This document shows positions 16,937 to 24,790 of a stretch of 44,246 nucleotides of DNA, piece by piece; within the stretch, counting starts at the first letter, position 1; every line of letters begins with the position of its first letter. The stretch comes from a virus (lineage: Duplodnaviria > Caudoviricetes), in the IMG/VR virus record IMGVR_UViG_3300037791_000001, positions 1-44,246 of that record; one strand, written 5' to 3'. The notes under the pieces are model-generated. The model did no database searches, was not told the origin of the DNA, and saw only the letters and a program-made list of their open reading frames with translations. The position numbers and the translations under genes were made by a program.

Positions 16937-18421
16937 TCAGCCGAACGGATCGTACTCGTGTTTCGCCTGCTGATAGTTCGCGCCGTCGTAGCCTGCGCGG
17001 GCCGAGTGATGCACCGGGATGGCGTAGGTCAGCGCCAGCGCGTCAGCCATGTCGGGGCTGCTCAGGCCGCGCTTCTTCATGTCCTCTTTGCGCTCGAGCT
17101 GGATCTCGTTGCGGATGTTGTAGCCGTATTCGACGCCGGTCAGGTCGGTCTTGAGATCCTCGTCCTCGGGCAGACGGATACCTGCCTTGATGGCGTCGCG
17201 CAGGTTGCCCCACATCTGGGCGCGCATGTTGGCGTAGCCCTTCTGCGTCGCCTTGCTGCCGAAGTTGATCTCGATCACGTCATGACCCAGCTGCCGCAGG
17301 CGATCGACCACAGGCCCGCCGACGCCGCCACCATCCACGAGGATCGCGTCGGGCCGCTTCTCGTTGGCGATGCGCGACACCTCGGATGCCAGCGTCATTG
17401 TGTCGATCTGCTGGTAGACGTGGAACCCTTGGCTCTCGGCATCGCGGCCCTGCCGCAGGTAGATCACGCTGCTGTCATCGCCGAACCGGGCGACATCCAC
17501 GCCCATGACCAGCGGCTCACTGGGACCGACGAACACCTCGAGATCGATGCACTTCTCGACATCGCCAACGCTGATGAACTGCAACGAGCCAGCGTCCGGG
17601 AACATGCCACGCACGCGCACCTTGAAGAAGTCGCTGTCCTCGCCGTAGTCCTTTTGCCATTGGTCAAAGAGCTCCTTGTTGGTCTGTTCGACGTCGCGGC
17701 TGTCGATGAAGCGCCGGATGTAGTTGTTGCGGAACCGGCCCACCATGTTCTGGTAGAAGCGCCCGCTGTTCCGCGTCGGGTTGCCGAAGTCGAAGGTCAT
17801 CGGCTCGCCGTCGGTCAGGCCGCCCTCGCGCACCTCGTAGATCCGATCAGGCACGGCTGACGCCTCGTCGAAGATGTAGAACGGGGTCGAGTTGGCGGCG
17901 TGCAGGCCTGCGAAGGCCTCGCTGTTCTCCTCTCGGCTGGTCAGCGCGTCGACGCGCCACGTCTCGCGGAAGTCGTTGTGGTACATGTTCAGCGAGCCAG
18001 CGCCGCTGTTGAGCGTGTACCAGTGCTGCGTCAGGCCCATGCCGTGCCACTTGGCAAGCTCCGACCACGTCTTGGTTCGCAGCTGCTCGCCGGTGTTGGC
18101 GGTGACCACGCCCTTGGCGAACGGGCGGGTGTCCATGATCCATCGGATCAGCCACGCCACGATCGCAGACTTGCCGATGCCGTGACCCGATGCGGTGCTG
18201 AACTGGATGGGCGCGACCGGGCTGGTGCCGTCGAAGCCGCGCTGCTTCACCTCCTCTGCCAGATCGAGCAGCAGATCCTTCTGCCATTGCTGCGGCCCTT
18301 TGCGGCCCTTCAGCTGCCCGCTGCCCCACGGGTACGAGACCAGCACATGCCGCAGCGGGTCTGCGTAGCAGGCTGCCATCTCGTCGGCGATCTGTTTGTT
18401 GGCTGTGGCGAGGTCGGTCAT
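16937..18421 (-). CDS. terL: Terminase large subunit
   Basis: Walker A ASGHGIGKS, Walker B YIFDEAS, GNPTRNSG, nuclease GVDVARFGDDSS and SPDMADALALT. ATG 18421 overlaps the upstream stop. Confidence 0.95.
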   Translation of the reverse strand: MTDLATANKQIADEMAACYADPLRHVLVSYPWGSGQLKGRKGPQQWQKDLLLDLAEEVKQRGFDGTSPVAPIQFSTASGHGIGKSAIVAWLIRWIMDTRPFAKGVVTANTGEQLRTKTWSELAKWHGMGLTQHWYTLNSGAGSLNMYHNDFRETWRVDALTSREENSEAFAGLHAANSTPFYIFDEASAVPDRIYEVREGGLTDGEPMTFDFGNPTRNSGRFYQNMVGRFRNNYIRRFIDSRDVEQTNKELFDQWQKDYGEDSDFFKVRVRGMFPDAGSLQFISVGDVEKCIDLEVFVGPSEPLVMGVDVARFGDDSSVIYLRQGRDAESQGFHVYQQIDTMTLASEVSRIANEKRPDAILVDGGGVGGPVVDRLRQLGHDVIEINFGSKATQKGYANMRAQMWGNLRDAIKAGIRLPEDEDLKTDLTGVEYGYNIRNEIQLERKEDMKKRGLSSPDMADALALTYAIPVHHSARAGYDGANYQQAKHEYDPFG

Positions 18422-18603
18422 CGGATGATCACGCGGGCGGCGCGCTCGTAGCGACCTGTCCCCCAGTTGAAGACCCAAGGCTCTGGGTCGGTGCTGCGTT
18501 CAAGCCAGAGGACAGGCGGCCCTCCGGCGTCGTTGGTCTCGATCATGAGCACATCGTCGTCGATCTCGGGGATCTCGATCCACAGATCACGCGAGCGGGT
18601 CAT
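18418..18603 (-). CDS. Hypothetical protein (61 aa)
   Basis: Translationally coupled ORF between terS and terL. Confidence 0.55.
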   Translation of the reverse strand: MTRSRDLWIEIPEIDDDVLMIETNDAGGPPVLWLERSTDPEPWVFNWGTGRYERAARVIIR

Positions 18604-18766
18604 AGTCGTGCACCGTCTCGGTGATCGCCGCAGGGTGACCTCCCGGGCACTGCTCTGGCGCTGTCGACTGCCGCGCCCCGCAGCTGGTGCAGATCTTCTC
18701 TGCGCCCTGCCCCGGCAGCGCTGGGCCCCACTTGTGCGGTTTGCTAGTGTACGCTGTGTTCGTCAT
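18587..18766 (-). CDS. 59-aa putative Zn-binding protein ending HDYDPLA
   Basis: SD GGAGG before ATG 18766; MTNTAYTSKPHKWGPALPGQGAEKICTSCGARQSTAPEQCPGGHPAAITETVHDYDPLA (H...CxxC...C). Confidence 0.6.
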   Translation of the reverse strand: MTNTAYTSKPHKWGPALPGQGAEKICTSCGARQSTAPEQCPGGHPAAITETVHDYDPLA

Positions 18767-19061
18767 GGCTTTCCTCCAGCAGCTGCGACGCCAGTGTGCG
18801 CCCTTGCTGCAGCCTCTCGACCAGTTGATTGCCTTGGAAGACGTTGATGTCCGCCTCGATCTTCGCAGGCAGGATCTTCGCCAGCAGCGTCAGGTACGCC
18901 TTCGGCTCGAGCGTCGCCATCTGCGTGAGGTACTCGGCACCGCCGACGTTGGCGAAGCTCTCCTCGATCGCCTCCTTGAGCAAGACCGTGGTCTTGTTCT
19001 TCGAGCCCTTTCGGCGGCCCATGCCAGCGGCAGGCGGCTTTGGTCTCGGTTTGGCAGCCAT
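18744..19061 (-). CDS. terS: Terminase small subunit (putative)
   Basis: GMGRRKGSKNKTT...AIEESFANVGGAEYL...YLTLLAKILP pattern; upstream of terL. Confidence 0.7.
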   Translation of the reverse strand: MAAKPRPKPPAAGMGRRKGSKNKTTVLLKEAIEESFANVGGAEYLTQMATLEPKAYLTLLAKILPAKIEADINVFQGNQLVERLQQGRTLASQLLEESHDEHSVH

Positions 19062-19082
19062 CAGCAACAGATCCTCAACAGT

Positions 19083-19556
19083 TTATTGTGTCCCGACCTT
19101 AGCATGCCAATACGCCGCGATCAACGCTGCCTCCGCGATGCCGTCATCGGCCTTGTGCTTGAGCAGCTCATCGGCGGCGCTGCCGAACATGATCTTGGCG
19201 GCGTCGATGCTGGCCTGCTTGTCGGTGCTCAGGCCCATCGCCTTCTTCCACGCGGCAGGCGTGACGTACTCGACGCGCGCGCCGGTGCTGTAGACCAGAG
19301 CTTCGATGCCGCCCAGCATCCGACCGAACTGAAAAGAGCTACTGACGCCCTGCCTCGGCATGGCGTGCACGGCCTCGATCACCGCGACATCGAACGGCAC
19401 CAGACAATCATCCCACCACCTGACCACCGCCCGGGCATCGACCTGCGCCTTGCCCCTGATCTTGACGATCGGCATGCGCGTGCCTTTGACCAGCCGCCCG
19501 CCGTGCAGGATCGCCAGACCACCGGACTGACCCGGATCGACGCCCAGCACCCTCAT
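19083..19556 (-). CDS. RuvC-like Holliday junction resolvase
   Basis: VLGVDPGQSGG, VIEAVHAMPRQGVSSSFQFG, VTPAAWKK, DGIAEAALIA. Confidence 0.88.
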   Translation of the reverse strand: MRVLGVDPGQSGGLAILHGGRLVKGTRMPIVKIRGKAQVDARAVVRWWDDCLVPFDVAVIEAVHAMPRQGVSSSFQFGRMLGGIEALVYSTGARVEYVTPAAWKKAMGLSTDKQASIDAAKIMFGSAADELLKHKADDGIAEAALIAAYWHAKVGTQ

Positions 19557-19753
19557 CTCTTGGCCACCTTGATGATCTCATCGACAATCAGGCTGATGTT
19601 GTCGATCTCGATGCCGTACACCCGACGGCCTTCGCGCTTTTGCATGTGGTTAATCATGGTCGACGTACTGCCGAGATCTTCACCATAAATCGAGGTCATG
19701 ATCTGGGTGATCAGTTGTGCGCGCAGCACATAGTCCGGATTGGTCTTGCTCAT
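19553..19753 (-). CDS. Hypothetical protein, first gene of late operon
   Basis: SD AGGAGG; stop overlaps the resolvase ATG. Confidence 0.7.
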   Translation of the reverse strand: MSKTNPDYVLRAQLITQIMTSIYGEDLGSTSTMINHMQKREGRRVYGIEIDNISLIVDEIIKVAKR

Positions 19754-19800
19754 GACGAGCCTCCTACGTTACAGTTCGCTTGCTCATGTGGTGTGGGCAG

Positions 19801-19829
19801 AGTGTACGCACTCCGACGCCCTCGGTCAA
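19801..19829 (-). promoter_or_regulatory. Sigma70-type promoter for packaging/structural operon
   Basis: TTGACC-17 nt-TACACT upstream of 19753. Confidence 0.65.
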
Positions 19830-19972
19830 TTCAGATGTTGTGGTCATACTCCTCCCGACCCGTTCGCCATCTGAAACCTGACCGGGGGCGTTGTTTGTTT
19901 TTGACCTTGAAATTTCGGTTCGGTGAGAGCCCTCCCGTACCGTATGCACCCGCCCGCAAAGCGGTGCGGGGG

Positions 19973-20162
19973 CATATACGTAGTATATGGGGGCGGGGGA
20001 AACGGGGAAACGCCTCTTAACCCATTGTTTTTGTTAAGAAAAACTGTTTCCCCCAAACCGGGGGAAACAAAGCTCGGGGGAAACGACAACCCACTGTAAA
20101 CATTGAAAGAAATCCGTTTCCCCCATTTCTGTTTCCCCGGGGAAACGGGGGAACGGGGAAAC
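19973..20162. repeat. Iteron-like GGGGAAAC array, probable replication origin
   Basis: GGGGAAAC at 19996, 20004, 20061, 20077, 20139, 20155; inverted GTTTCCCC at 20046, 20116, 20131; variant at 20147. AT-rich spacers, hairpin CATATAC-GTA-GTATATG at 19973-19989, directly downstream of the primase-helicase. Confidence 0.75.
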
Positions 20163-20169
20163 GGAATGC

Positions 20170-22248
20170 TCATTCGATCACCTCAACAACGATGCGGAAA
20201 CGCTCCTCCATCGGGCCGCTGTCCTTGCGTGAAATCGACACCCGATAAACCACGTCATCGACCGTCACCTGCATCGCGCGCACCCACGTTTTGAGCAGCT
20301 CAGCGCCCGCACCTTTGCTCAGGTCTAGCTTCTCGATGTCAGGCCAACCAGTGACCCCGCGCAGCTGCGTATGCAGTTTCGTGGCATTGTGGTGCACGCC
20401 CTCCCCCAGCCGCTTGACGATGCCGCGTGCTGTGCTCGACTTTACCATGTCTTGGTTGTTGTCCTTTGCGCCCTCGATCCGCAGGTGCGCCACCTCAGCG
20501 GTCAGCGGTTCGGCGAAGGGCAGATGTTGCCCGTCGGATGTGGTAAAGGTCGACTGCCGGATCTCGTAGTAGAGCTTCGGCTTGGCTGTTCCCATCTTCG
20601 ATTTGATGGTCACCAGCTCGACAATGTTCGGCACGCGATCGTCAGATGCATCGGCCTGCTGCTCGCGCCACTCTCTGGCGCGGTCTTTGTCCAGCCCGGC
20701 TGGATACATCGGGGTCAGGGTCGCCCCGAACTGCAGCGCGCCCACTGCGGCGCTCGACCCACGCTGTGCGTACAGGTTGCCCCTGTACCAGTCCTCGCGC
20801 TTGCCTTCCGGTGTCTGGGCGGTGTGCGCGAAGTACAGCACCGTCAGCCCAGCCTCGCCAGCCATCGTCTTCATGGCTCGGAAAAGTTTCTTGGTATCGC
20901 CTCGATCGTTTTCTTCGCCATCGTTGAACTCGGTGACCGGGTCGAGGATCAGAATGTCTGCGCCTTGCTCTTTAAGCTCGCCGATGTATTTGGCCACCAG
21001 ATCGAGGTTAATCACGCTTTCGCGATTGACCCGGCTGACCAACGACGTCCCGTCAAAATTTTCTCCGATCAAGGTCTCCTGTCCTGCGGTATGCAAATCC
21101 CCCTGCGCGGTCAGTCCGAGCTCGTGCAGCGCGTTGAGAACCCGCAGATCCAGCGCGTTGACGTCTTCCTCGGCGTTGACCCACGCCACGTTCAGCGAGC
21201 GAGAGATAGTCGGCAGGCCTGCAGCTGGGCCGTCGCCTGCCAGCATGCCTGCGATCCATGTGGCGGTGACGTTCGTCTTGCCTGTGCCGGGTCCACCGCT
21301 GACGCCGCCGATCTCGCCCTCGCGCAAAATGTTTTCGATCACCCACGGGCGCAGCGACATGTCGCGCGTGCCGTCGAACTTTCGGAACAGCCCATCGACA
21401 GGTGGTTCTGGCAATTTCTGCTCCGGTGGCTTGGGGCGCAGGTAGTGCATGATCGTGCCACCACGCATCGGCGACTTTCCGCTTGCCAGCACTTCTTCCG
21501 GGGACGCAGCGTTGTCCCACATTTTCTTGGCCTCGTACTCGAGCTTCTCGAGATCCGCGCCTTTGATCTCCCAGCGCCGGCACCAATCAATCCACGCAGC
21601 CCGCGCCGCATCCTCATAGCCTGTGCCGCAATACTCAAAGTGCAGCGCGTGCCCGATCGCCAGCCACGCCTCACGGTCGTCGATCTGGTTGGGTGCTGCA
21701 CGCACCACCTCGATGAGCTTGCCGTCATCTGATCCGCGCTTGGCTGCTAGCAGCGCCGCAGCCATCGGGTCGACCTCGACCTGCACCTTGGTTGGGAACC
21801 AGTCAGGCAGCTCCGCCGGCGGCTCATCATTGCCCCATTCATACGAGCCATTATCGAGGCGGCTGGGCGGCAGCACCACGACACCGCGGTGCTTGATGTC
21901 GACCGCCTCGTAGCCTCCGAACTTGCCGGGGAAGCGCAGGCCGCCGTCCTCGAAGTAGTGGTGCTCGCCGCCCGATGCGGAACTCACCGTCATGGTTTCG
22001 GGGATGTCCCGATCCCAGTTGCATTCTGGCTTGTAGAGATCGAGGTCGAGCACGACCAGACCATTGGCCTCTGGGTTCATGCCGATGTTGTCGTTCGGGT
22101 GCTTCGACCACCACCGCGCGACCTCTTCGACGGTCATCCGCTTCTCGAGGTAGCCCTTGATCGCCGGGATCTTGGTGCCTGCCCGGCACGGAAAAACCCA
22201 GAACCCATCCTCTGCCAGCTGTATTGCTGCCTGTTTCAGTTCACTCAT
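20170..22248 (-). CDS. Bifunctional primase-polymerase (Prim-Pol) fused to PriCT-like and AAA/RepA-type helicase domains
   Basis: GFWVFPC...NIG...LVVLDLD...SGGEHHYF (Prim-Pol), DDREAWLAIGHALH (PriCT-like), GGPGTGKT and ILILDP (helicase). SD GGAG before ATG 22248. Confidence 0.9.
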   Translation of the reverse strand: MSELKQAAIQLAEDGFWVFPCRAGTKIPAIKGYLEKRMTVEEVARWWSKHPNDNIGMNPEANGLVVLDLDLYKPECNWDRDIPETMTVSSASGGEHHYFEDGGLRFPGKFGGYEAVDIKHRGVVVLPPSRLDNGSYEWGNDEPPAELPDWFPTKVQVEVDPMAAALLAAKRGSDDGKLIEVVRAAPNQIDDREAWLAIGHALHFEYCGTGYEDAARAAWIDWCRRWEIKGADLEKLEYEAKKMWDNAASPEEVLASGKSPMRGGTIMHYLRPKPPEQKLPEPPVDGLFRKFDGTRDMSLRPWVIENILREGEIGGVSGGPGTGKTNVTATWIAGMLAGDGPAAGLPTISRSLNVAWVNAEEDVNALDLRVLNALHELGLTAQGDLHTAGQETLIGENFDGTSLVSRVNRESVINLDLVAKYIGELKEQGADILILDPVTEFNDGEENDRGDTKKLFRAMKTMAGEAGLTVLYFAHTAQTPEGKREDWYRGNLYAQRGSSAAVGALQFGATLTPMYPAGLDKDRAREWREQQADASDDRVPNIVELVTIKSKMGTAKPKLYYEIRQSTFTTSDGQHLPFAEPLTAEVAHLRIEGAKDNNQDMVKSSTARGIVKRLGEGVHHNATKLHTQLRGVTGWPDIEKLDLSKGAGAELLKTWVRAMQVTVDDVVYRVSISRKDSGPMEERFRIVVEVIE

Positions 22249-22266
22249 TTTGCACTCCATCTGGTG

Positions 22267-22378
22267 TTGACGGAAGGCGCAGGCACGAGATATGGTGGCA
22301 TTGGACATACCGCCGGGAGTGCTCGTGCAAGAAACCTCCCTGAACTGGCCCAGCCGCTCACCCGGCTGGGCCTTTTTT
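22267..22378 (+). ncRNA. Putative counter-transcribed antisense RNA (~22302-22378) with its promoter and intrinsic terminator
   Basis: TTGACG-18-TATGGT (22267-22296), then GGCCCAGCCG-CTCACC-CGGCTGGGCC-TTTTTT (22347-22378), opposite the primase leader. Confidence 0.55.
22347..22378 (+). terminator. Rho-independent terminator
   Basis: Perfect 10-bp GC stem followed by T6. Confidence 0.8.
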
Positions 22379-22389
22379 CTTGGACCTCC

Positions 22390-22419
22390 AGCATAGGCGT
22401 GGCACCCTGCCTCGGTCAA
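22390..22419 (-). promoter_or_regulatory. Sigma70-type promoter for primase-helicase
   Basis: TTGACC-18-TATGCT; shares ATTGACCGAGG with the 19829 promoter. Confidence 0.6.
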
Positions 22420-22435
22420 TCTCACATTTTTCCTC

Positions 22436-22465
22436 TTGTCAGGTGCTGATCAGCATCATATATCT
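22436..22465 (+). promoter_or_regulatory. Early promoter with palindromic operator TGCTGATCAGCA in the spacer
   Basis: TTGTCA at 22436, palindrome 22444-22455, TATATC at 22459. Confidence 0.6.
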
Positions 22466-22492
22466 ATGGCACACACCACAGGAGACACAACC

Positions 22493-22771
22493 ATGAAAAT
22501 GACCATGTACAAGAACGTCGACGGCGGCACCTCGATGATCAGCCAAGACAACGCCTTCGCCGAGATCCGCGAGCTGGGCCACAACTTCGCCATCGCGCTG
22601 GCCGAACGCGGGCACGACACCAAGGAGAGCGACCTGATGTCCGGGCTCGCGGCCTACCACATGCTCAAGCTCGAGGGCGAGAACCCGCGCCTCGACGCCG
22701 CCCACCGCATCGTGCTGCGCGAGATCACCGACATCATGTTCGAGCGCGCCCGTGCTGCCGCCGGAGCTTGA
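22493..22771 (+). CDS. Hypothetical early protein
   Basis: SD AGGAG, ATG 22493, strong GC3 codon bias. Confidence 0.75.
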   Translation: MKMTMYKNVDGGTSMISQDNAFAEIRELGHNFAIALAERGHDTKESDLMSGLAAYHMLKLEGENPRLDAAHRIVLREITDIMFERARAAAGA

Positions 22772-22883
22772 AGAGGAGCTGGCAAGGCTGGGGGTCAAGC
22801 GGCCCCCGCCACTGGCACCAGAGCCCAAGACCTACCCCACACCATGGCGGCCCGCATACCCGGGCGAACAGCCACCATTCTGA
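22752..22883 (+). CDS. 43-aa Pro-rich hypothetical protein ending WRPAYPGEQPPF
   Basis: GTG-start ORF filling the gap to 22896; SD weak. Confidence 0.5.
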   Translation: MLPPELEEELARLGVKRPPPLAPEPKTYPTPWRPAYPGEQPPF

Positions 22884-22895
22884 GGAGAACACCAC

Positions 22896-23351
22896 ATGAT
22901 CACCGCAGCAACCTGCCTCGCGATGGCGCTCTACTACGAGGCCAGAGGCGAGGGGCCTGACGGCATGCTCGCTGTCGCCGAGGTCATCATCAACCGCGTC
23001 CAGCACCCCGACTTCCCCGGCACCGTGTGCGAGGTCGTCAAGGAAGATCGCGGGCCCGAGCCTTGGGACTGCCAGTTCTCGTTCTACTGCGACGGCAGGG
23101 CCGAGCGCCCGACCGATGTGGTGGCGTGGTCGACCGCGCGGGACATCGCAGCACAGGCGATGGATGGTGAGGTGCTGGGCCACGGCGCGACATACTTCCA
23201 TGCCACCAGCGTGCACCCGTTCTGGGCTGACATCTTCACGCCGATCGGGCAGATTGGTGACCACATCTTTTACACCGACGAGACGCGCTGCGTGCTGCCC
23301 TTCTGCTCCAAGCGCCCCGTCGCCAGACCGGAGGGCCTGACCCATGACTGA
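22896..23351 (+). CDS. Cell wall hydrolase, SleB/Hydrolase_2 family
   Basis: CLAMALYYEARGEG...AVAEVIINRV...PGTVCEVV...CQFS...ATYFH...IGDHIFY. Confidence 0.9.
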   Translation: MITAATCLAMALYYEARGEGPDGMLAVAEVIINRVQHPDFPGTVCEVVKEDRGPEPWDCQFSFYCDGRAERPTDVVAWSTARDIAAQAMDGEVLGHGATYFHATSVHPFWADIFTPIGQIGDHIFYTDETRCVLPFCSKRPVARPEGLTHD

Positions 23352-23862
23352 CTTTTTCAAAATTAACGGGCTCACTTTTAAGCTCGACCCCACCATAAGC
23401 AAATGGAGTTACGAGGATCTCGAGGATAATCCAGAAACACATCGCTGGCGCGCGAGCTGGGCATCAAGCAGCGGTGGTGGCCCGCTGATTTACGGCATCT
23501 TTCTGACGGCACATCCTGTGATCAAGCGCACCCGCTGCGGTGTCTGGATCAACTGCGATGGCTATCGGCAATTGACGAAGCAGCCGTGGGAAGAGGGTGC
23601 ACCTGCAAAAGAATGGGTACCATTCGATGAGCGATGGATGCGGAAACGCTTTGTCAACGACGGCAGCGGTCAAGCATGGGCAAAGCCCACGCAGGAAGAG
23701 GCTCTCAGGAGTATTGCAATCAGGATGTGTCGGTGGGCACAGCGCGCGCACCATGACATGCAGCGGCTGCAGGCCGCTATCGCTGTGCTGGAAAAGCTGC
23801 GACCTGACTGGCCAGCCTACCCCGAAGCCGCCCGTGCACACCTTCGTGGGGAGTACCGCTAA
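23344..23862 (+). CDS. Hypothetical Trp-rich protein with atypical codon usage
   Basis: 172-aa coupled ORF with SD GGAGG; more A/T-ending codons than its neighbours. Confidence 0.7.
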   Translation: MTDFFKINGLTFKLDPTISKWSYEDLEDNPETHRWRASWASSSGGGPLIYGIFLTAHPVIKRTRCGVWINCDGYRQLTKQPWEEGAPAKEWVPFDERWMRKRFVNDGSGQAWAKPTQEEALRSIAIRMCRWAQRAHHDMQRLQAAIAVLEKLRPDWPAYPEAARAHLRGEYR

Positions 23863-24089
23863 TGGCTGATCTACGAGAACTGACTGGTCCGTTTGATCTG
23901 TGGGCGCGCGACGCGATGCCCGGATCTCGGATCATCTACCACACCGGCGAGTACGCCGGGGGCCCTGTGTGCAGGCAAGCCATGGACGCATGCGACGCTG
24001 GTCTGGTATTGCTGGTGCGTAAGCGGGCAGACAAGCCCAAGCAGTTCCACTACATCGCGGTGAGATCACATGGAAAACCTAAAAAATAA
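23862..24089 (+). CDS. Hypothetical protein
   Basis: TAATG coupling and SD GGGGAG. Confidence 0.7.
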   Translation: MADLRELTGPFDLWARDAMPGSRIIYHTGEYAGGPVCRQAMDACDAGLVLLVRKRADKPKQFHYIAVRSHGKPKK

Positions 24090-24264
24090 AGTCATGGCGC
24101 ACCTGCGCGACATCAAGATCGCGGCACGGGTGCCCGAGATCGCGCAGGCCATCGATGAGCAAGAAGACCCCGTGCAGAAAGCCCTGCTCGAGCTCGACGA
24201 TGCCGACATGGTCATCATGAAGAACGGCTGGTACCTCGCCAGCGCCAAGGGGATGATCGCATGA
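24070..24264 (+). CDS. Hypothetical protein
   Basis: Overlapping ORF in the operon; stop overlaps the next ATG (ATGA). Confidence 0.65.
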   Translation: MENLKNKVMAHLRDIKIAARVPEIAQAIDEQEDPVQKALLELDDADMVIMKNGWYLASAKGMIA

Positions 24265-24710
24265 TCTGCAACCAAAAAGCCCTGCTGCACGAGGCACCGA
24301 TCGCTGAGATGATCGACCACAAGGCGCGCGAGCATGGCGTCAGCTACGGCCTGTCCGAGGCAGGGTACGACATCCGCATCAAGCAGGAATTATTCCTGAG
24401 CGAGGATGCGCGCTTTGCTCTGGCCAGCACGATCGAGCGCTTCCAGATGCCCAAGACGCTGGTCGGCGTCGTGCATGACAAAAGCACATGGGCGCGCCGC
24501 GGGCTGTCGGTGTTCAACACCGTGATCGAGCCCGGCTGGAATGGGTGGCTGACGCTCGAGCTGGTCTACCATGGGTACGGCACGCTCCACATCCCGGCGG
24601 GTGCAGGCATCGCGCAGGTGCTGTTCAACCACCTCGAGTGGCCCGCAGATTACGGCGACGGCAAATACCAGAACCAAGAAAACGAACCGGTCGGCCCGAT
24701 CACCGCTTGA
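24261..24710 (+). CDS. dcd: dCTP deaminase / trimeric dUTPase-superfamily enzyme
   Basis: SYGLSEAGYDIR, HDKSTWARRGL, NTVIEPGWNGWLTLEL, GIAQVLF, KYQNQ. Confidence 0.85.
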   Translation: MICNQKALLHEAPIAEMIDHKAREHGVSYGLSEAGYDIRIKQELFLSEDARFALASTIERFQMPKTLVGVVHDKSTWARRGLSVFNTVIEPGWNGWLTLELVYHGYGTLHIPAGAGIAQVLFNHLEWPADYGDGKYQNQENEPVGPITA

Positions 24711-24738
24711 CGGGCCCGCCATCAGCATCATATGATGC
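24707..24738 (+). promoter_or_regulatory. Promoter upstream of helicase with operator half-site
   Basis: TTGACG-18-TATGAT; ATCAGCATC at 24721-24729; palindrome GCATCATATGATGC at 24725-24738. Confidence 0.6.
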
Positions 24739-24790
24739 ACCTGTCGCCCGATTGGCGGCTGTTTGACGTAGCGAAGTAGGAACACACCAC

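Noticed and set aside
19844-20173. 109-aa ORF over the iteron region, and the 751-aa extension of the primase to 22425
   Set aside because: The first is a translation of repeats. The extension runs through promoters and a terminator, whereas ATG 22248 has an SD and starts the Prim-Pol domain.
22249-22492. Lysogeny switch (cI/cro) at the divergent promoter region
   Set aside because: No HTH repressor, integrase or att-like site was identified; the flanking genes are the primase and a hypothetical protein.
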